Made by a program: the position numbers and the translations under genes
Shown here: positions 1-10,111 of the stretch, piece by piece
Position numbering within the stretch: position 1 is the stretch's first letter
Layout: every line of letters starts with the position of its first letter
Assembly (NCBI GenBank): GCA_964416635.1
Contig: CAYQEY010000001.1
Coordinates: 12,871 to 76,870, forward strand
Direction: 5' to 3'
From: an uncultured Lachnospiraceae bacterium
GTDB taxonomy: Bacteria > Bacillota > Clostridia > Oscillospirales > CAG-272
DNA length: 64,000 nt
The notes under the pieces: model-generated
What the model was told of the DNA's origin: nothing
The model's input: the letters and a program-made list of their open reading frames with translations, nothing else
Database searches by the model: none

Positions 1-180
1 TTCGCGGCAGGTGCAGGTGCTGTCGGAAAGTTGGTCGACAATACCGGAAATTATTGCAATAAACGCGAGATAGAACGTCTATTCCATCAGAAATATCCGT
101 ATGAATATTTAAAAGAGGACAAAAACGAGGCGTTTGCGGAAGCGGCGATCCGTTTCTATACCGAGCGAGAAATGTTGTAA
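1..180 (+). CDS. C-terminal end of an unidentified protein (truncated by window edge)
   Basis: Frame +1 is open from base 1 to TAA at 178-180 (ends ...IRFYTEREML). No motif recognised. Confidence 0.3.
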   Translation, partial: FAAGAGAVGKLVDNTGNYCNKREIERLFHQKYPYEYLKEDKNEAFAEAAIRFYTEREML

Positions 181-183
181 CCC

Positions 184-1125
184 ATGTCCAAGATGCCTCA
201 GGTCCTCACGGAGGATATTATGGCGTACAATATTGAAGATAACAAATTAAAAAGAGATGCAGAGTGGATAAGGCTCTGCGAAGAACGGTTTTCCGAGCAA
301 TTTTTCGGGATAGCCGAGGATATATGCAAGAATAGGGGGCTCAGGATAGTAAGACTTTACGGGCCTACCTGCTCGGGAAAGACCACGGCGGCAAGACTGC
401 TTATTTCCATGTTTGAAACACTCGGAACGAGAGCACATCTCGTTTCAATCGACGACTTTTTCTATGATAGGACCGTTTTGCTTGAAAGGTCGAAAGCAAA
501 GGGGCTTAAGGAACTCGACTATGACTCGCCCGATACGATAGACAGCGCCGAGCTTCACCGCTTTGCCGAGGAGATATTTACGTCGAGTGAGGTGCATTGT
601 CCCGTGTTCGATTTCAAAATGGGATGCAGAAACGGATACAGAAAACTTTGTATCGACGAAGATGACATTTTTATCTTTGAAGGAATACAGGCGTGCTATC
701 CGACCGTTAAGGAAATGCTTTCGGAGCACGGCTCTGCAAGTATATTTATTGCCCCGATGAAGAACGTTACCGCAGGCGGAGTGGAGGTCATCCCTGACCG
801 CCTTCGGCTCATGCGCAGGCTCGTGCGTGATTTCCGTTTTCGAAACAGCTCGCCTGAGTTTACCTTCGGACTTTGGAAGAGCGTGCGTGATAACGAAAGA
901 AAAAATATTTTTCCGTACGCGGAGGAAAGCGACTATCGGGTAGATTCGGCTATGCCGTATGAGCTTGGAGTCCTCAAGCCATTCTTATATGACGTTCTCG
1001 GCGGAATAGATGCCGGAAGCGAGTATTTTGAAAAGTCAAAGCAGATACTTGAGTCGGTCAAAAATGTAGAATCTATTCCCGCGGAGCTGATACTCGACGG
1101 GTATCTTTATCGCGAATTTGTATAA
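184..1125 (+). CDS. Uridine kinase / phosphoribulokinase-family P-loop nucleoside kinase
   Basis: 313-aa ORF. Walker A YGPTCSGKTT is followed by VSIDDFFYD, as in uridine/cytidine kinases. Confidence 0.6.
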   Translation: MSKMPQVLTEDIMAYNIEDNKLKRDAEWIRLCEERFSEQFFGIAEDICKNRGLRIVRLYGPTCSGKTTAARLLISMFETLGTRAHLVSIDDFFYDRTVLLERSKAKGLKELDYDSPDTIDSAELHRFAEEIFTSSEVHCPVFDFKMGCRNGYRKLCIDEDDIFIFEGIQACYPTVKEMLSEHGSASIFIAPMKNVTAGGVEVIPDRLRLMRRLVRDFRFRNSSPEFTFGLWKSVRDNERKNIFPYAEESDYRVDSAMPYELGVLKPFLYDVLGGIDAGSEYFEKSKQILESVKNVESIPAELILDGYLYREFV

Positions 1126-1274
1126 AAATAATGCTGCCTCACCTCAAAGTGCAAGTATATGGTAATTCTGTTTGGAATAAACTATAAAAAATGCATTTGC
1201 ACTCTAAGGTGAAGGTGGTGTCTGACTTGAGAGTCAAAAATAAGATCGAGGACAGTAAAGGAGCGCACAGATTT

Positions 1275-2906
1275 ATGTCCGGCGTATTGCTTCTGTCCCT
1301 TTCAACCGTAATAGTGAAAATAATAGGACTTGCTTTCAAGATCCCCATGCTCTCGTTTTTGGGGGCGGAGGGAATGGGATATTTCAATTCGGCATATGAG
1401 ATATACGCTCTGCTTTGCGTTATTTCGACCGCGGGACTTCCCGTGGCTCTCTCTATGCTCATATCCACGGCGCGAGCAAATGACGATGCGAGGAGAGTCA
1501 GGAGAATATATCGCTCCGCAAGGCTTATTTTGGGCGTTTTCGGAGCCTGCGGAACAGCACTGATGATATTCTTTTCACATGAGCTCGCAGAGTTTATCGG
1601 AAACAGTGAGGCGTATCTTTCGATGATGGCGATAGCACCTGCGTTGCTTCTGGTCTGTCTTTCAAGCGCGATACGCGGATACTGTCAGGGCTTTGAATAT
1701 ATGGTGCCAACGGCGCTGTCTCAGCTGATAGAGGCACTCGGCAAGCTTGTATTCGGAATAATTTTTTCGGTCGTCGCTATCAGTAAGGGTCATCCGATCT
1801 GGGTCGTAGCCGCTTTCGCGGTGTTCGGTATCAGCGTGGGTTCTTTTGCGTCGCTCTTGTATCTTTGGGTGGCGAAGAATCTCAAAAGACCCGAAAGATC
1901 ACTTTCCACGCTTTTGCCATGCGGAGACGAGCGCGAAAGAAGCTTTATCGGTGAGCTGATAAGCATCGCGCTTCCGATAACGCTCGGATCGGCACTTCTC
2001 GGGCTTACGAGAATAATCGATATGGCGCTTATAATGCGCAAACTTCAGGAGCTCGGCGCTTCGGTTGCCGAGAGCAATACGGTATACGGCTCCTATACTA
2101 CGCTTGCGATACCGGTTTTCAGTCTTATTCCGGCGTTGATAACCCCCATATCCATGGCGCTTGTGCCGCAGCTTTCGGCGTTTGCGCATAAAGGGGATAT
2201 CGAGGGAGAGCAGACGGTAATTGATAACTCGGTCAGACTTACCGTGTTGCTTTCAATGCCAGCGTCATTCGGGCTTACGCTTTTTTCACGACCGATACTC
2301 GAATTACTTTTTGCGGGACAGACAGAGGCCATAGATATTTCAGCGCCGCTCCTGGCCATTCTCGGCTCGGCGGTCATATTTTCCTGTCTCGTAACCACTA
2401 CCAACGCAATTTTGCAATCCTACAGACACGTTTGTTTGCCTATAGTTTCTATGTCGATAGGAGTGCTTGTCAAGCTTGTAAGCACGTATTTTCTTTTGGG
2501 GATGGAGAACGTCGGAGTTTTGGGTGCTCCGATAGGAAGTCTTTTGTGCAACATTACTGTGGCGTTTATCAACCTTTGCTTTATGAGGGTTTATACAAAT
2601 GCATCCCTGAAGCCGTCAAACGTGCTGTTCAAACCGCTGATAGCCTCGTGTATATCGGTCGGCGGCGCGTTTGCACTTTATATCTGTCTTGAAAGATATA
2701 CCGATTCCCTTATACTGTCATTCTGTGCGGCACTGCTCTTCGCATTGTTGACGTATATATGGCTCTCGTTTATGACGGGAAGCCTTACTAAAAAGGATAT
2801 TATGCTTTTTCCGTTTGGTGAAAGGATAGTTTCATTTGCGGAAATTCGGAAAAATAAAGGATTTGCGGTCTCTGAGGAGATCAACGATGGAGGAGATAAA
2901 AAATGA
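1275..2906 (+). CDS. MOP-superfamily flippase (MurJ / SpoVB / YabM-like)
   Basis: Polytopic membrane protein with the family-typical N-terminus MSGVLLLSLSTVIVKIIGLAFKIPMLSFLGAEGMGYFNSAYEIY. Start moved to the ATG at 1275, preceded by AAAGGAG. It sits upstream of mazG as yabM does in Bacillus. Confidence 0.7.
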   Translation: MSGVLLLSLSTVIVKIIGLAFKIPMLSFLGAEGMGYFNSAYEIYALLCVISTAGLPVALSMLISTARANDDARRVRRIYRSARLILGVFGACGTALMIFFSHELAEFIGNSEAYLSMMAIAPALLLVCLSSAIRGYCQGFEYMVPTALSQLIEALGKLVFGIIFSVVAISKGHPIWVVAAFAVFGISVGSFASLLYLWVAKNLKRPERSLSTLLPCGDERERSFIGELISIALPITLGSALLGLTRIIDMALIMRKLQELGASVAESNTVYGSYTTLAIPVFSLIPALITPISMALVPQLSAFAHKGDIEGEQTVIDNSVRLTVLLSMPASFGLTLFSRPILELLFAGQTEAIDISAPLLAILGSAVIFSCLVTTTNAILQSYRHVCLPIVSMSIGVLVKLVSTYFLLGMENVGVLGAPIGSLLCNITVAFINLCFMRVYTNASLKPSNVLFKPLIASCISVGGAFALYICLERYTDSLILSFCAALLFALLTYIWLSFMTGSLTKKDIMLFPFGERIVSFAEIRKNKGFAVSEEINDGGDKK

Positions 2907-3715
2907 CTGTTGCCGAAAAGAAAAGGATGTTGCTCGATAAGGCGAGCGAAGGTTACGGATTTGAAGACCTTGTAAATGTGGTCGAGGTACTTCGCTCCGA
3001 TGAAGGCTGTCCGTGGGACAGAGAGCAGGATCACAAGAGCATACGAAAGGATTTTATCGAGGAGACCTATGAGGTTATCGAAGCAATAGATACAGAAAAC
3101 AATGAGCTTTTGCGCGAAGAGCTCGGCGACGTTCTTTTGCAGGTCGTGTTCCATTCTCAGATAGAGACTGAAAGAGGAGCTTTTACGGTAGAGGACGTCG
3201 CAAACGATATATGCGTAAAGCTTATACACCGCCATCCTCACGTTTTCGGAAACGTAAAGGCGGATACGTCAGAGAAGGTGCTTTCCAATTGGGAGAAGAT
3301 AAAGAGCGAGGAGAAGGAGCGAAAGACTGTTACCGATAAGCTTCGCGCCATACCGCCCATGCTTCCCGCGCTAATGAGGGCAGAAAAGGTGGGAAAGAAA
3401 GCAAGCTGCTTTGATTTTCCGGACGCTGACTCGGTTATGCAAAAGGTATACGAGGAGCTTGATGAGCTTAAGGAGGCAATGGCACATAACGATAAAGATG
3501 CTTCTTCCGAGGAGATGGGAGATCTTTTACTTACGCTGACATCGCTTTGCAGAAAACTCGGAATCGAATCCGAGCTTGCTTTGAGTCGAGCAACAGACAA
3601 GTTCATAGACCGCTTCGAGGGCGTTGAGTCTGCGGTCCTTTCACAGGGAAAGGATATATCGGAGTTTTCGCTTGAACAGCTTGACGAAATATGGAACAAA
3701 AATAAGAAAAAATAG
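2903..3715 (+). CDS. mazG: MazG nucleoside triphosphate pyrophosphohydrolase (YabN-like)
   Basis: Tandem MazG-type EExxE motifs (IEETYEVIEAI, EELGDVLLQV; second half EEMGDLLLTL). ATGA overlap with the upstream gene. Confidence 0.9.
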   Translation: MTVAEKKRMLLDKASEGYGFEDLVNVVEVLRSDEGCPWDREQDHKSIRKDFIEETYEVIEAIDTENNELLREELGDVLLQVVFHSQIETERGAFTVEDVANDICVKLIHRHPHVFGNVKADTSEKVLSNWEKIKSEEKERKTVTDKLRAIPPMLPALMRAEKVGKKASCFDFPDADSVMQKVYEELDELKEAMAHNDKDASSEEMGDLLLTLTSLCRKLGIESELALSRATDKFIDRFEGVESAVLSQGKDISEFSLEQLDEIWNKNKKK

Positions 3716-3758
3716 TGTAAAAATAATAAAAAACAGTCAAAAAAATTGAAAATTCCTA

Positions 3759-3787
3759 TTGAAATTGCGATAAAAATATGTTATAAT
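3759..3787 (+). promoter_or_regulatory. Sigma-A type promoter for hup
   Basis: TTGAAA (3759-3764), 17-nt spacer, TGtTATAAT extended -10 (TATAAT at 3782-3787). Confidence 0.6.
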
Positions 3788-3841
3788 CATATTGTAAACG
3801 AAGGGTGTACCCCGAGATTTAAAAATGAAAGGTAAATGATT

Positions 3842-4117
3842 ATGAACAAGACACAGCTTATTGATGTAGTAGCAACAAAGACAGGACTTACAAAGAAGGC
3901 AGCAGAGGCTGCGGTTAATGCGGCTAACGAGGCTATCACAGAGGCTCTCAAGGCAGGCGATAAGGTACAGATCATCGGCTTCGGTACCTATGAAGTCAAG
4001 GAAAGAGCTGCAAGAGAGGGTCGCAACCCCAAGACAGGCGAGACAATTACAATAGCAGCTTCCAAGTCTCCTGTATTTTCTGCAGGCAAGGCTCTCAAGG
4101 ATGCTGTGAACGAGTAA
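3842..4117 (+). CDS. hup: DNA-binding protein HU
   Basis: [11 protein letters not shown]...[44 protein letters not shown] is a canonical HU sequence. Confidence 0.95.
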   Translation: MNKTQLIDVVATKTGLTKKAAEAAVNAANEAITEALKAGDKVQIIGFGTYEVKERAAREGRNPKTGETITIAASKSPVFSAGKALKDAVNE

Positions 4118-4131
4118 TAGTTTCTTTTTAT

Positions 4132-4169
4132 GGTTGTTGCAAGCATAGTACGCTGCAACAACCTTTTTT
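4132..4169 (+). terminator. Rho-independent terminator after hup
   Basis: GGTTGTTGCA (4132-4141) pairs with TGCAACAACC (4154-4163), followed by TTTTTT. Confidence 0.8.
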
Positions 4170-4179
4170 AGGAGGAAAA

Positions 4180-4425
4180 ATGAGACTTGATAAATATTTG
4201 AAGGTTTCAAGAATAATCAAGCGCCGCACGGTTGCGAACGATGCATGTGACACCGAGCACGTATGTGTCAACGGACGGCGGGCTAAGGCTTCCTACGACG
4301 TAAAGGAGGGTGATATAATAGAGATCACCTTCGGGCAAAGAACGCTCAGGATCCGAGTCGTTACCGTAAAAGACAGCGTAGCAAAGGCGGATGCGGCAAG
4401 TATGTACGAAATAATCGAGGAATAA
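4180..4425 (+). CDS. yabO: S4-domain RNA-binding protein (YabO / Hsp15-like)
   Basis: MRLDKYLKVSRIIKRRTVA... S4 motif, 81 aa, in the conserved position before yabP. Confidence 0.85.
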   Translation: MRLDKYLKVSRIIKRRTVANDACDTEHVCVNGRRAKASYDVKEGDIIEITFGQRTLRIRVVTVKDSVAKADAASMYEIIEE

Positions 4426-4508
4426 CCTGTACGCATCGGGTAATAGAATAAAATATCTCCGCATAAGATTCAATGATAACTTTAAATTGAACGGTGCGGA
4501 GGTTTTTT

Positions 4509-4802
4509 ATGTCTGTTTATTCGGGAGCGGGAGATGGCATCAAAAGGGAACATGAGATACGGCTTGTGGGAAGAGAGGATATGAGCATCAGCGGAGTTGA
4601 TGAGGTGATGAGCTTTGATGACGAGAGCGTGCACTTGAGGTGCAGTGAAGGCGAGCTTTACGTGGAAGGTAAGGATATAAAGATAGGGACGCTCGACACG
4701 CAGAACGGCACCGTGTCGCTGACGGGACGCATCGGTGCCGTATATTACGCAAGCGAAAGCACAAACGAAAAAAAGGGTCTGTTTTCAAGGCTGATACGTT
4801 AA
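4509..4802 (+). CDS. yabP: Sporulation protein YabP
   Basis: ISGVDEVMSFDDESVHLRCSEGELYVEGKDIKI...GRIGAVYY is a typical YabP sequence. ATG at 4509 follows GGAGG. Confidence 0.85.
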   Translation: MSVYSGAGDGIKREHEIRLVGREDMSISGVDEVMSFDDESVHLRCSEGELYVEGKDIKIGTLDTQNGTVSLTGRIGAVYYASESTNEKKGLFSRLIR

Positions 4803-4803
4803 A

Positions 4804-5451
4804 ATGGAGATATCGCAAACTCTGCTCGCTCTGCTCCTTTTTAAGTCCTTTGTTTTCGGGGGAATATGCGGAGTATTTTACGATCTGAACAGAATAGTTC
4901 GCGTGCTGTTCGGGGTCAAATATTCAAAAAAAGCATACGATAAGCTGTATGCCGTAAAATTACCCATACGTCGCAAAAAAGTTTCAATGGGAGAAAAAAG
5001 CGGCGCTTTGCAGGCTATTGTCATAAATGTGGGAGACTTTTTGTGCGTGATCTTTGCGGCTGTCGGAATAATAATTCTCAATTATGCTTACAACAGCGGA
5101 CGTTTTCGCTTCTTTACCGTGATCGGTATGGGTGTAGGATTTATAATCTACAGATATACGGTCGGAAAATTGGTTATTGCTGTCGCAGAGCCCATAGCGT
5201 TTATATTTAAATACTTCCTTTTATCAATTATTTTGATTTTTAGCTGTCCCTTTGTAAAAGCCGGTTCACATATCGGAAAATTTGTTAAAAAAATCATTTA
5301 TTTGTATAGTTTTACTCTTGAAAAAAAGAAAAAAGAGTTGTATAATATAGATGAGAAGGTCTTTGCTACCGAGGAGGGTGAAACCGCCATGCCATCAAGC
5401 TCTTCCCAAAGACGCCTAAAGAGATCAAAAAGGAGAAGGTCGGGTGAATAA
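4804..5451 (+). CDS. yabQ: Spore cortex biosynthesis membrane protein YabQ
   Basis: Multi-TM protein 1 nt after yabP. Call rests on synteny with the Bacillus yabP-yabQ-divIC cluster. Confidence 0.65.
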   Translation: MEISQTLLALLLFKSFVFGGICGVFYDLNRIVRVLFGVKYSKKAYDKLYAVKLPIRRKKVSMGEKSGALQAIVINVGDFLCVIFAAVGIIILNYAYNSGRFRFFTVIGMGVGFIIYRYTVGKLVIAVAEPIAFIFKYFLLSIILIFSCPFVKAGSHIGKFVKKIIYLYSFTLEKKKKELYNIDEKVFATEEGETAMPSSSSQRRLKRSKRRRSGE

Positions 5452-5746
5452 AAATAAGTATTTCGCAGATAAAAGAAGCAAAGCGTATATTGTAGTCCGT
5501 GCTTTTTTGATATTCATTCTGGCGTTTTCCTTTATATACTTTCTTTGGAGCCTTATGCGTTATAATGAGGCAATGGAGAAAAAGAAAGAAAAGCAGGAGT
5601 ACGTTGAGCAGCTTAAGGATGATATACAGCAACTTGAATATCTTGTGGATGCTCCGCTCGATGATGAGTTTAAGATCCGTATTGCAAGGGAAAAGCTGGG
5701 GATGTGCTTTCCGGATGAGATAATCTTTTACGGAGAGTACGAATAG
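5444..5746 (+). CDS. divIC: Septum formation initiator (DivIC / FtsB family)
   Basis: GTG start after AGGAG. Single N-terminal TM helix, then a coiled coil (KKKEKQEYVEQLKDDIQQLE) and the IRIAREKLGM motif. Confidence 0.7.
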   Translation: MNKNKYFADKRSKAYIVVRAFLIFILAFSFIYFLWSLMRYNEAMEKKKEKQEYVEQLKDDIQQLEYLVDAPLDDEFKIRIAREKLGMCFPDEIIFYGEYE

Positions 5747-5773
5747 GCTATTCCGCTGTAAGAAAGACTGTAT

Positions 5774-7663
5774 ATGAGATCTAAAAAAGATTTGGCGGTA
5801 TGCCTGTTTCATGAGGGCATGAACTACAACGCGTACGACTACATGGGAGTTCACAAAGTCAGGAACGGATATGTGTTCAGGGTGTGGGCTCCGTGTGCCG
5901 ACAAAGTACTGCTGACGGGCGATTTCAATGATTGGGGAGAGAGCATACCGCTTCTTAAAACGACGGACGGCGGTATTTGGGAGACGGCTGTAAACGGTAG
6001 AACAGTGTCGCCGGGAGATAAGTACAAGTATAAGATCTACCGAGGCGATAAGATCTACTATAAAGCGGATCCTTATGCGACCTGTACGGCACCTCCACCC
6101 GAGACTGCGTCTTTGATACCGGATTTTGAAAAATATGAGTGGCACGACTCGGGATGGATGAATTTCAGGAAAAAGACCGCCCGTGACTATTATTCTCTTC
6201 CTATGAATGTGTACGAGCTTCATCTCGGCTCGTGGAACAGGCACGACTATTCTACGCCTCTGAACTATACCGAGCTTGCCCGTGAGCTTGCGCCTTACGT
6301 TAAGCAGATGGGATACACGCATATAGAGATAATGCCGATCGCCGAGTATCCGAACGATGCTTCGTGGGGCTATCAGGCGTGCTCGTATTTTTCACCTACC
6401 GCAAGATACGGAAGTGCAAAACAATTCAAGTGCTTCGTCGATTCAATGCACGAGGCGGGAATAGGAGTTATTCTCGATTGGGTTCCCGCTCATTTTCCAA
6501 AGGACAGCCACGGACTTTACGAATTTGACGGCGCGCCTCTTTATGAATACGCGCAGGAGGACCGTCGTGAGCACAGGGTATGGGGAACGAGAATGTTTGA
6601 TCTCGGACGAAACGAGGTCGTAAGCTTTCTTATCTCAAACGCCGACTGGTGGATACGCGAATTTCATATAGATGCACTCAGGGTCGATGCCGTGTCGGCA
6701 ATGATATATCTTGATTTTGATAAACGCCTTGGCGAGTGGACACCTAATAAGCTTGGAGACAACAGATGCCTTGAAGGTATCGAGTTTCTCAAAAAACTCA
6801 ATTTACATGTCAAGCACGAATTTCCCGACGTGCTCATGATCGCAGAGGAGTCAAGCTCTTGGCAGCACGTTACGGGATTTCAAAATGGCGGACTTGGTTT
6901 TGATATGAAATGGAATATGGGGTGGATGAATGATACACTTTCATACGCGGCACTTGAACCGCGTATGCGTAAGTATGATCACACGAAGCTCAATTTTCCG
7001 ATGACCTATGCCTTTGATGAAAAATACATATTGCCGATCTCGCATGACGAGGTGGTTCACGGTAAACGCTCTTATCTTGACAAAATGCCGGGCGACTATT
7101 GGCAAAAATTTGCAGGCGCGAGAGCTTTTATGGGGTACATGATGACCTTGCCCGGCAAGAAGCTCAGCTTTATGGGCGCAGAGATAGGTCAATTCCGTGA
7201 ATGGGACTATAATGGCACGACAGAATGGTTTTTGCTTGATTATGAGACTCATGCAAAATTCCAGAGGTATGTGGCGGAACTCAATCATTTTTATCTTTCA
7301 CAGCCGGCGCTGTGGCAGATAGATGATTCGTGGGAGGGCTTTGAATGGATAGAGCCCGACGATGCCGCACAGAGCATAATATCTTACAGGCGCAGGGCAA
7401 GAAACGGCGAAGAGCTGCTCATTATTATAAACTTTACGACATCTGCTTATAATGGTTTTTTGCTCGGAACCGATAAAGACGGAGAGTACGAGGAGATATT
7501 TAATTCGGACGATGTGAGATTCGGCGGCAGCGGAATGATAAATGCTTTTGTGTATAAGACGACCGATAAGCCTATCGGCAGATGTAAAAATTCAATAGAG
7601 ATAAAGGTGCCGCCACTCGGTATTGCGATTTTCAGAGCAAAACAAAACAACATAAAAAGTTAA
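5774..7663 (+). CDS. glgB: 1,4-alpha-glucan branching enzyme
   Basis: 629 aa. GH13 motifs DWVPAHF, ALRVDAV, IAEESS, plus branching-enzyme N-terminal sequence. Confidence 0.95.
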   Translation: MRSKKDLAVCLFHEGMNYNAYDYMGVHKVRNGYVFRVWAPCADKVLLTGDFNDWGESIPLLKTTDGGIWETAVNGRTVSPGDKYKYKIYRGDKIYYKADPYATCTAPPPETASLIPDFEKYEWHDSGWMNFRKKTARDYYSLPMNVYELHLGSWNRHDYSTPLNYTELARELAPYVKQMGYTHIEIMPIAEYPNDASWGYQACSYFSPTARYGSAKQFKCFVDSMHEAGIGVILDWVPAHFPKDSHGLYEFDGAPLYEYAQEDRREHRVWGTRMFDLGRNEVVSFLISNADWWIREFHIDALRVDAVSAMIYLDFDKRLGEWTPNKLGDNRCLEGIEFLKKLNLHVKHEFPDVLMIAEESSSWQHVTGFQNGGLGFDMKWNMGWMNDTLSYAALEPRMRKYDHTKLNFPMTYAFDEKYILPISHDEVVHGKRSYLDKMPGDYWQKFAGARAFMGYMMTLPGKKLSFMGAEIGQFREWDYNGTTEWFLLDYETHAKFQRYVAELNHFYLSQPALWQIDDSWEGFEWIEPDDAAQSIISYRRRARNGEELLIIINFTTSAYNGFLLGTDKDGEYEEIFNSDDVRFGGSGMINAFVYKTTDKPIGRCKNSIEIKVPPLGIAIFRAKQNNIKS

Positions 7664-7744
7664 AACGGAACAACAAAGCACCAGAGCAAAACAAATTCCA
7701 TATACGACAAAAATACGGTTTAGCCGAAAAGAATGGAGGATCTT

Positions 7745-8950
7745 ATGTTCAAGAAGAAAGAATGCGTTGCTATGCTCCTTGCAGGCGGACAGGGAAGCCG
7801 CCTATATGCGTTGACCGAAAAAACGGCAAAGCCTGCCGTATCCTTCGGCGGAAAATACAGAATAATCGATTTTCCGCTTTCGAACTGTATTAACTCGGGT
7901 GTTGATACGGTGGGTGTTCTCACACAGTATCAGCCGCTCGTGCTTAACGATTATGTCGGTAACGGACTTCCGTGGGACCTCGACAGAGCCATAGGCGGAG
8001 TTAAGATATTGCCACCTTATCAGGGCAAGAAGGGTGCGGACTGGTATAGAGGCACAGCAAATGCCATATATCAGAATATGCAGTTTATAGATATGTACAA
8101 CCCCGATTATGTTATTATTCTCTCGGGCGATCACATATATAAAATGGACTATAACAGGATGCTTAAGTACCATAAGCAGATGGGTGCGGATTGCACTATC
8201 GCGGTCATCGACGTTCCGATAGAGGAAGCAAGCCGCTTTGGTATAATGAGCGTTGACGATGAGGGAAGAATCTATAAATTCGCGGAAAAGCCAAAGAATC
8301 CCGACAGCACTAAGGCATCAATGGGCATTTATATATTCTCAAAGGACTGTCTCTTTAAGTATCTTAACGAGGATGCAAAGGACCCGAAGAGCTCAAACGA
8401 CTTCGGTAAGAACATAATTCCCGCAATGCTCGCAAACGGTGAAAAAATGTATGCGTATTCTTTCAGCGGATATTGGAAGGATGTCGGTACTATCAGGTCT
8501 CTTTGGGAAGCAAATATGGATCTTCTTGGGGACGAGCCCGCTCTTAACCTTAACGACGAGTCGTGGAGGATATACTCCAGACACTCGGCACACTCACCTC
8601 AGTATGTAGGAGAGAACGCAAAGATAGAAAACAGCAGTATTACAGAGGGCTGTGATATTTACGGAACCGTGCGCAACTCCGTGCTCGGTTCGGGTGTTGT
8701 GGTAAGACCGGGAGCCGAGGTCATAGACTCGGTAATTATGGATGATTGCATTATCGGTGAGGGCGCTCGCGTTTGCTACTCAATACTTGATTCTGATGTA
8801 AAAGTGGGAGACGGATGTGTCGTAGGTAAGGACAGAACCGACGCAAAGGGAATTGCAGTCATAGGTACGGGTATTAATATCCCGGACGGTACTGTAATTG
8901 ACGACGGCGCTATGATCAGTAATATTGCAGATCTCACAAAGGAGGCGTAA
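7745..8950 (+). CDS. glgC: Glucose-1-phosphate adenylyltransferase
   Basis: [45 protein letters not shown] at 7745 lies 5 nt after GGAGG. Confidence 0.95.
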   Translation: MFKKKECVAMLLAGGQGSRLYALTEKTAKPAVSFGGKYRIIDFPLSNCINSGVDTVGVLTQYQPLVLNDYVGNGLPWDLDRAIGGVKILPPYQGKKGADWYRGTANAIYQNMQFIDMYNPDYVIILSGDHIYKMDYNRMLKYHKQMGADCTIAVIDVPIEEASRFGIMSVDDEGRIYKFAEKPKNPDSTKASMGIYIFSKDCLFKYLNEDAKDPKSSNDFGKNIIPAMLANGEKMYAYSFSGYWKDVGTIRSLWEANMDLLGDEPALNLNDESWRIYSRHSAHSPQYVGENAKIENSSITEGCDIYGTVRNSVLGSGVVVRPGAEVIDSVIMDDCIIGEGARVCYSILDSDVKVGDGCVVGKDRTDAKGIAVIGTGINIPDGTVIDDGAMISNIADLTKEA

Positions 8951-8954
8951 AATA

Positions 8955-10088
8955 ATGTCAACAGCAGCAGGTTTGATATTTTCCAACATTCATAATTCTT
9001 CAATGCCCGAGCTTACAAGCGTTCGTACCATGGCTTCTGTGCCATTCGGATGCCGCTACCGCCTTGTGGATTTTCCGCTTTCCAATATGGTAAATTCGGG
9101 AATAACGAAGGTCGGTATTATTACCCACAATAATTATCAGTCGCTTATGGACCATATCGGCACCGGTAAGGACTGGGATCTTGCACGCCGTTCGGGCGGA
9201 ATAAGAATACTTCCGCCCTTTATTACAAGCTATAACAGCGCAAACGGAGGAAAGCTTTACTCCACAAGACTCGAGGCTCTTATGGGAGTTACGGGATTCA
9301 TTTCCAAATGCACTGAGGAGTATATCGTTCTTTCGGATTGCGATGGTATCTGCAGTATCGATCTCAATGAGGTAATCGAGGATCATATTAAGAAGAATGC
9401 TGATATCACAATCGTAACGAGGACGGTCAACTTTAAAAAGGAGATCCCCAGCGACGGTGCTACCGAGATAAAGTGCGATAAAGACGGCTTTGCCACCGAG
9501 GTTTCGGCGTATATCGATTATGATCGCTCGGCTGAGATCAGCACGAATATAATTGTTGCCAACCGTCTTTTCCTGCTCAACGTAATAAACGATGCAAGCG
9601 CGCACGGTTATATGCATTTCTACAGAGATATAATAGCTCGCAGAGTTAAAAATGCGAGAATAAATTGCTACCACTATGAAGGTATTTATCTGCAGATCAC
9701 TTCGCTTGAAAGCTATTTCCGTTGCTCGATGCAGCTTCTCGATCCCGAGGTTCGCAACGGGCTTTTCCTCAAAGAAAGTCCCATATATACAAAGCTGCGT
9801 AACTCCGCTCCTACCGTTTATGCAGAGGGTTCTAAGGTAAACAATTCTTATGTTGCCGACGGATGCGTTATAGAAGGAACCGTAGAAAATTCAATCATAT
9901 TCAGGGGAGTTCACATCGGGAAGGGCACTGTTGTAAAGAATTCGGTCTTGCTTCAGGATACCTTTACGGGAACTAATGTGTCGCTCAACTGCGTGATAAC
10001 CGATAAGAACGTCGTTATCAGAAATAACAGAGTTCTTTCGGGACATGAAAGCATGCCGTTCTTTATTTCCAAGGGAGCTATGGTTTGA
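8955..10088 (+). CDS. glgD: Glucose-1-phosphate adenylyltransferase subunit GlgD
   Basis: GlgC paralogue lacking the GGxGxR loop (VPFGCRYRLVDFPLSNMVNSG). Position after glgC. Confidence 0.9.
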   Translation: MSTAAGLIFSNIHNSSMPELTSVRTMASVPFGCRYRLVDFPLSNMVNSGITKVGIITHNNYQSLMDHIGTGKDWDLARRSGGIRILPPFITSYNSANGGKLYSTRLEALMGVTGFISKCTEEYIVLSDCDGICSIDLNEVIEDHIKKNADITIVTRTVNFKKEIPSDGATEIKCDKDGFATEVSAYIDYDRSAEISTNIIVANRLFLLNVINDASAHGYMHFYRDIIARRVKNARINCYHYEGIYLQITSLESYFRCSMQLLDPEVRNGLFLKESPIYTKLRNSAPTVYAEGSKVNNSYVADGCVIEGTVENSIIFRGVHIGKGTVVKNSVLLQDTFTGTNVSLNCVITDKNVVIRNNRVLSGHESMPFFISKGAMV

Positions 10089-10111
10089 TAAAAACAAAGG
10101 AAGGAATAAAT

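Noticed and set aside
4426-4508. Sigma-E/sigma-F-type sporulation promoter upstream of yabP.
   Set aside because: The AT-rich sequence has several partial matches, but none I could align confidently to a -35/-10 pair by eye. Not reported as a feature.
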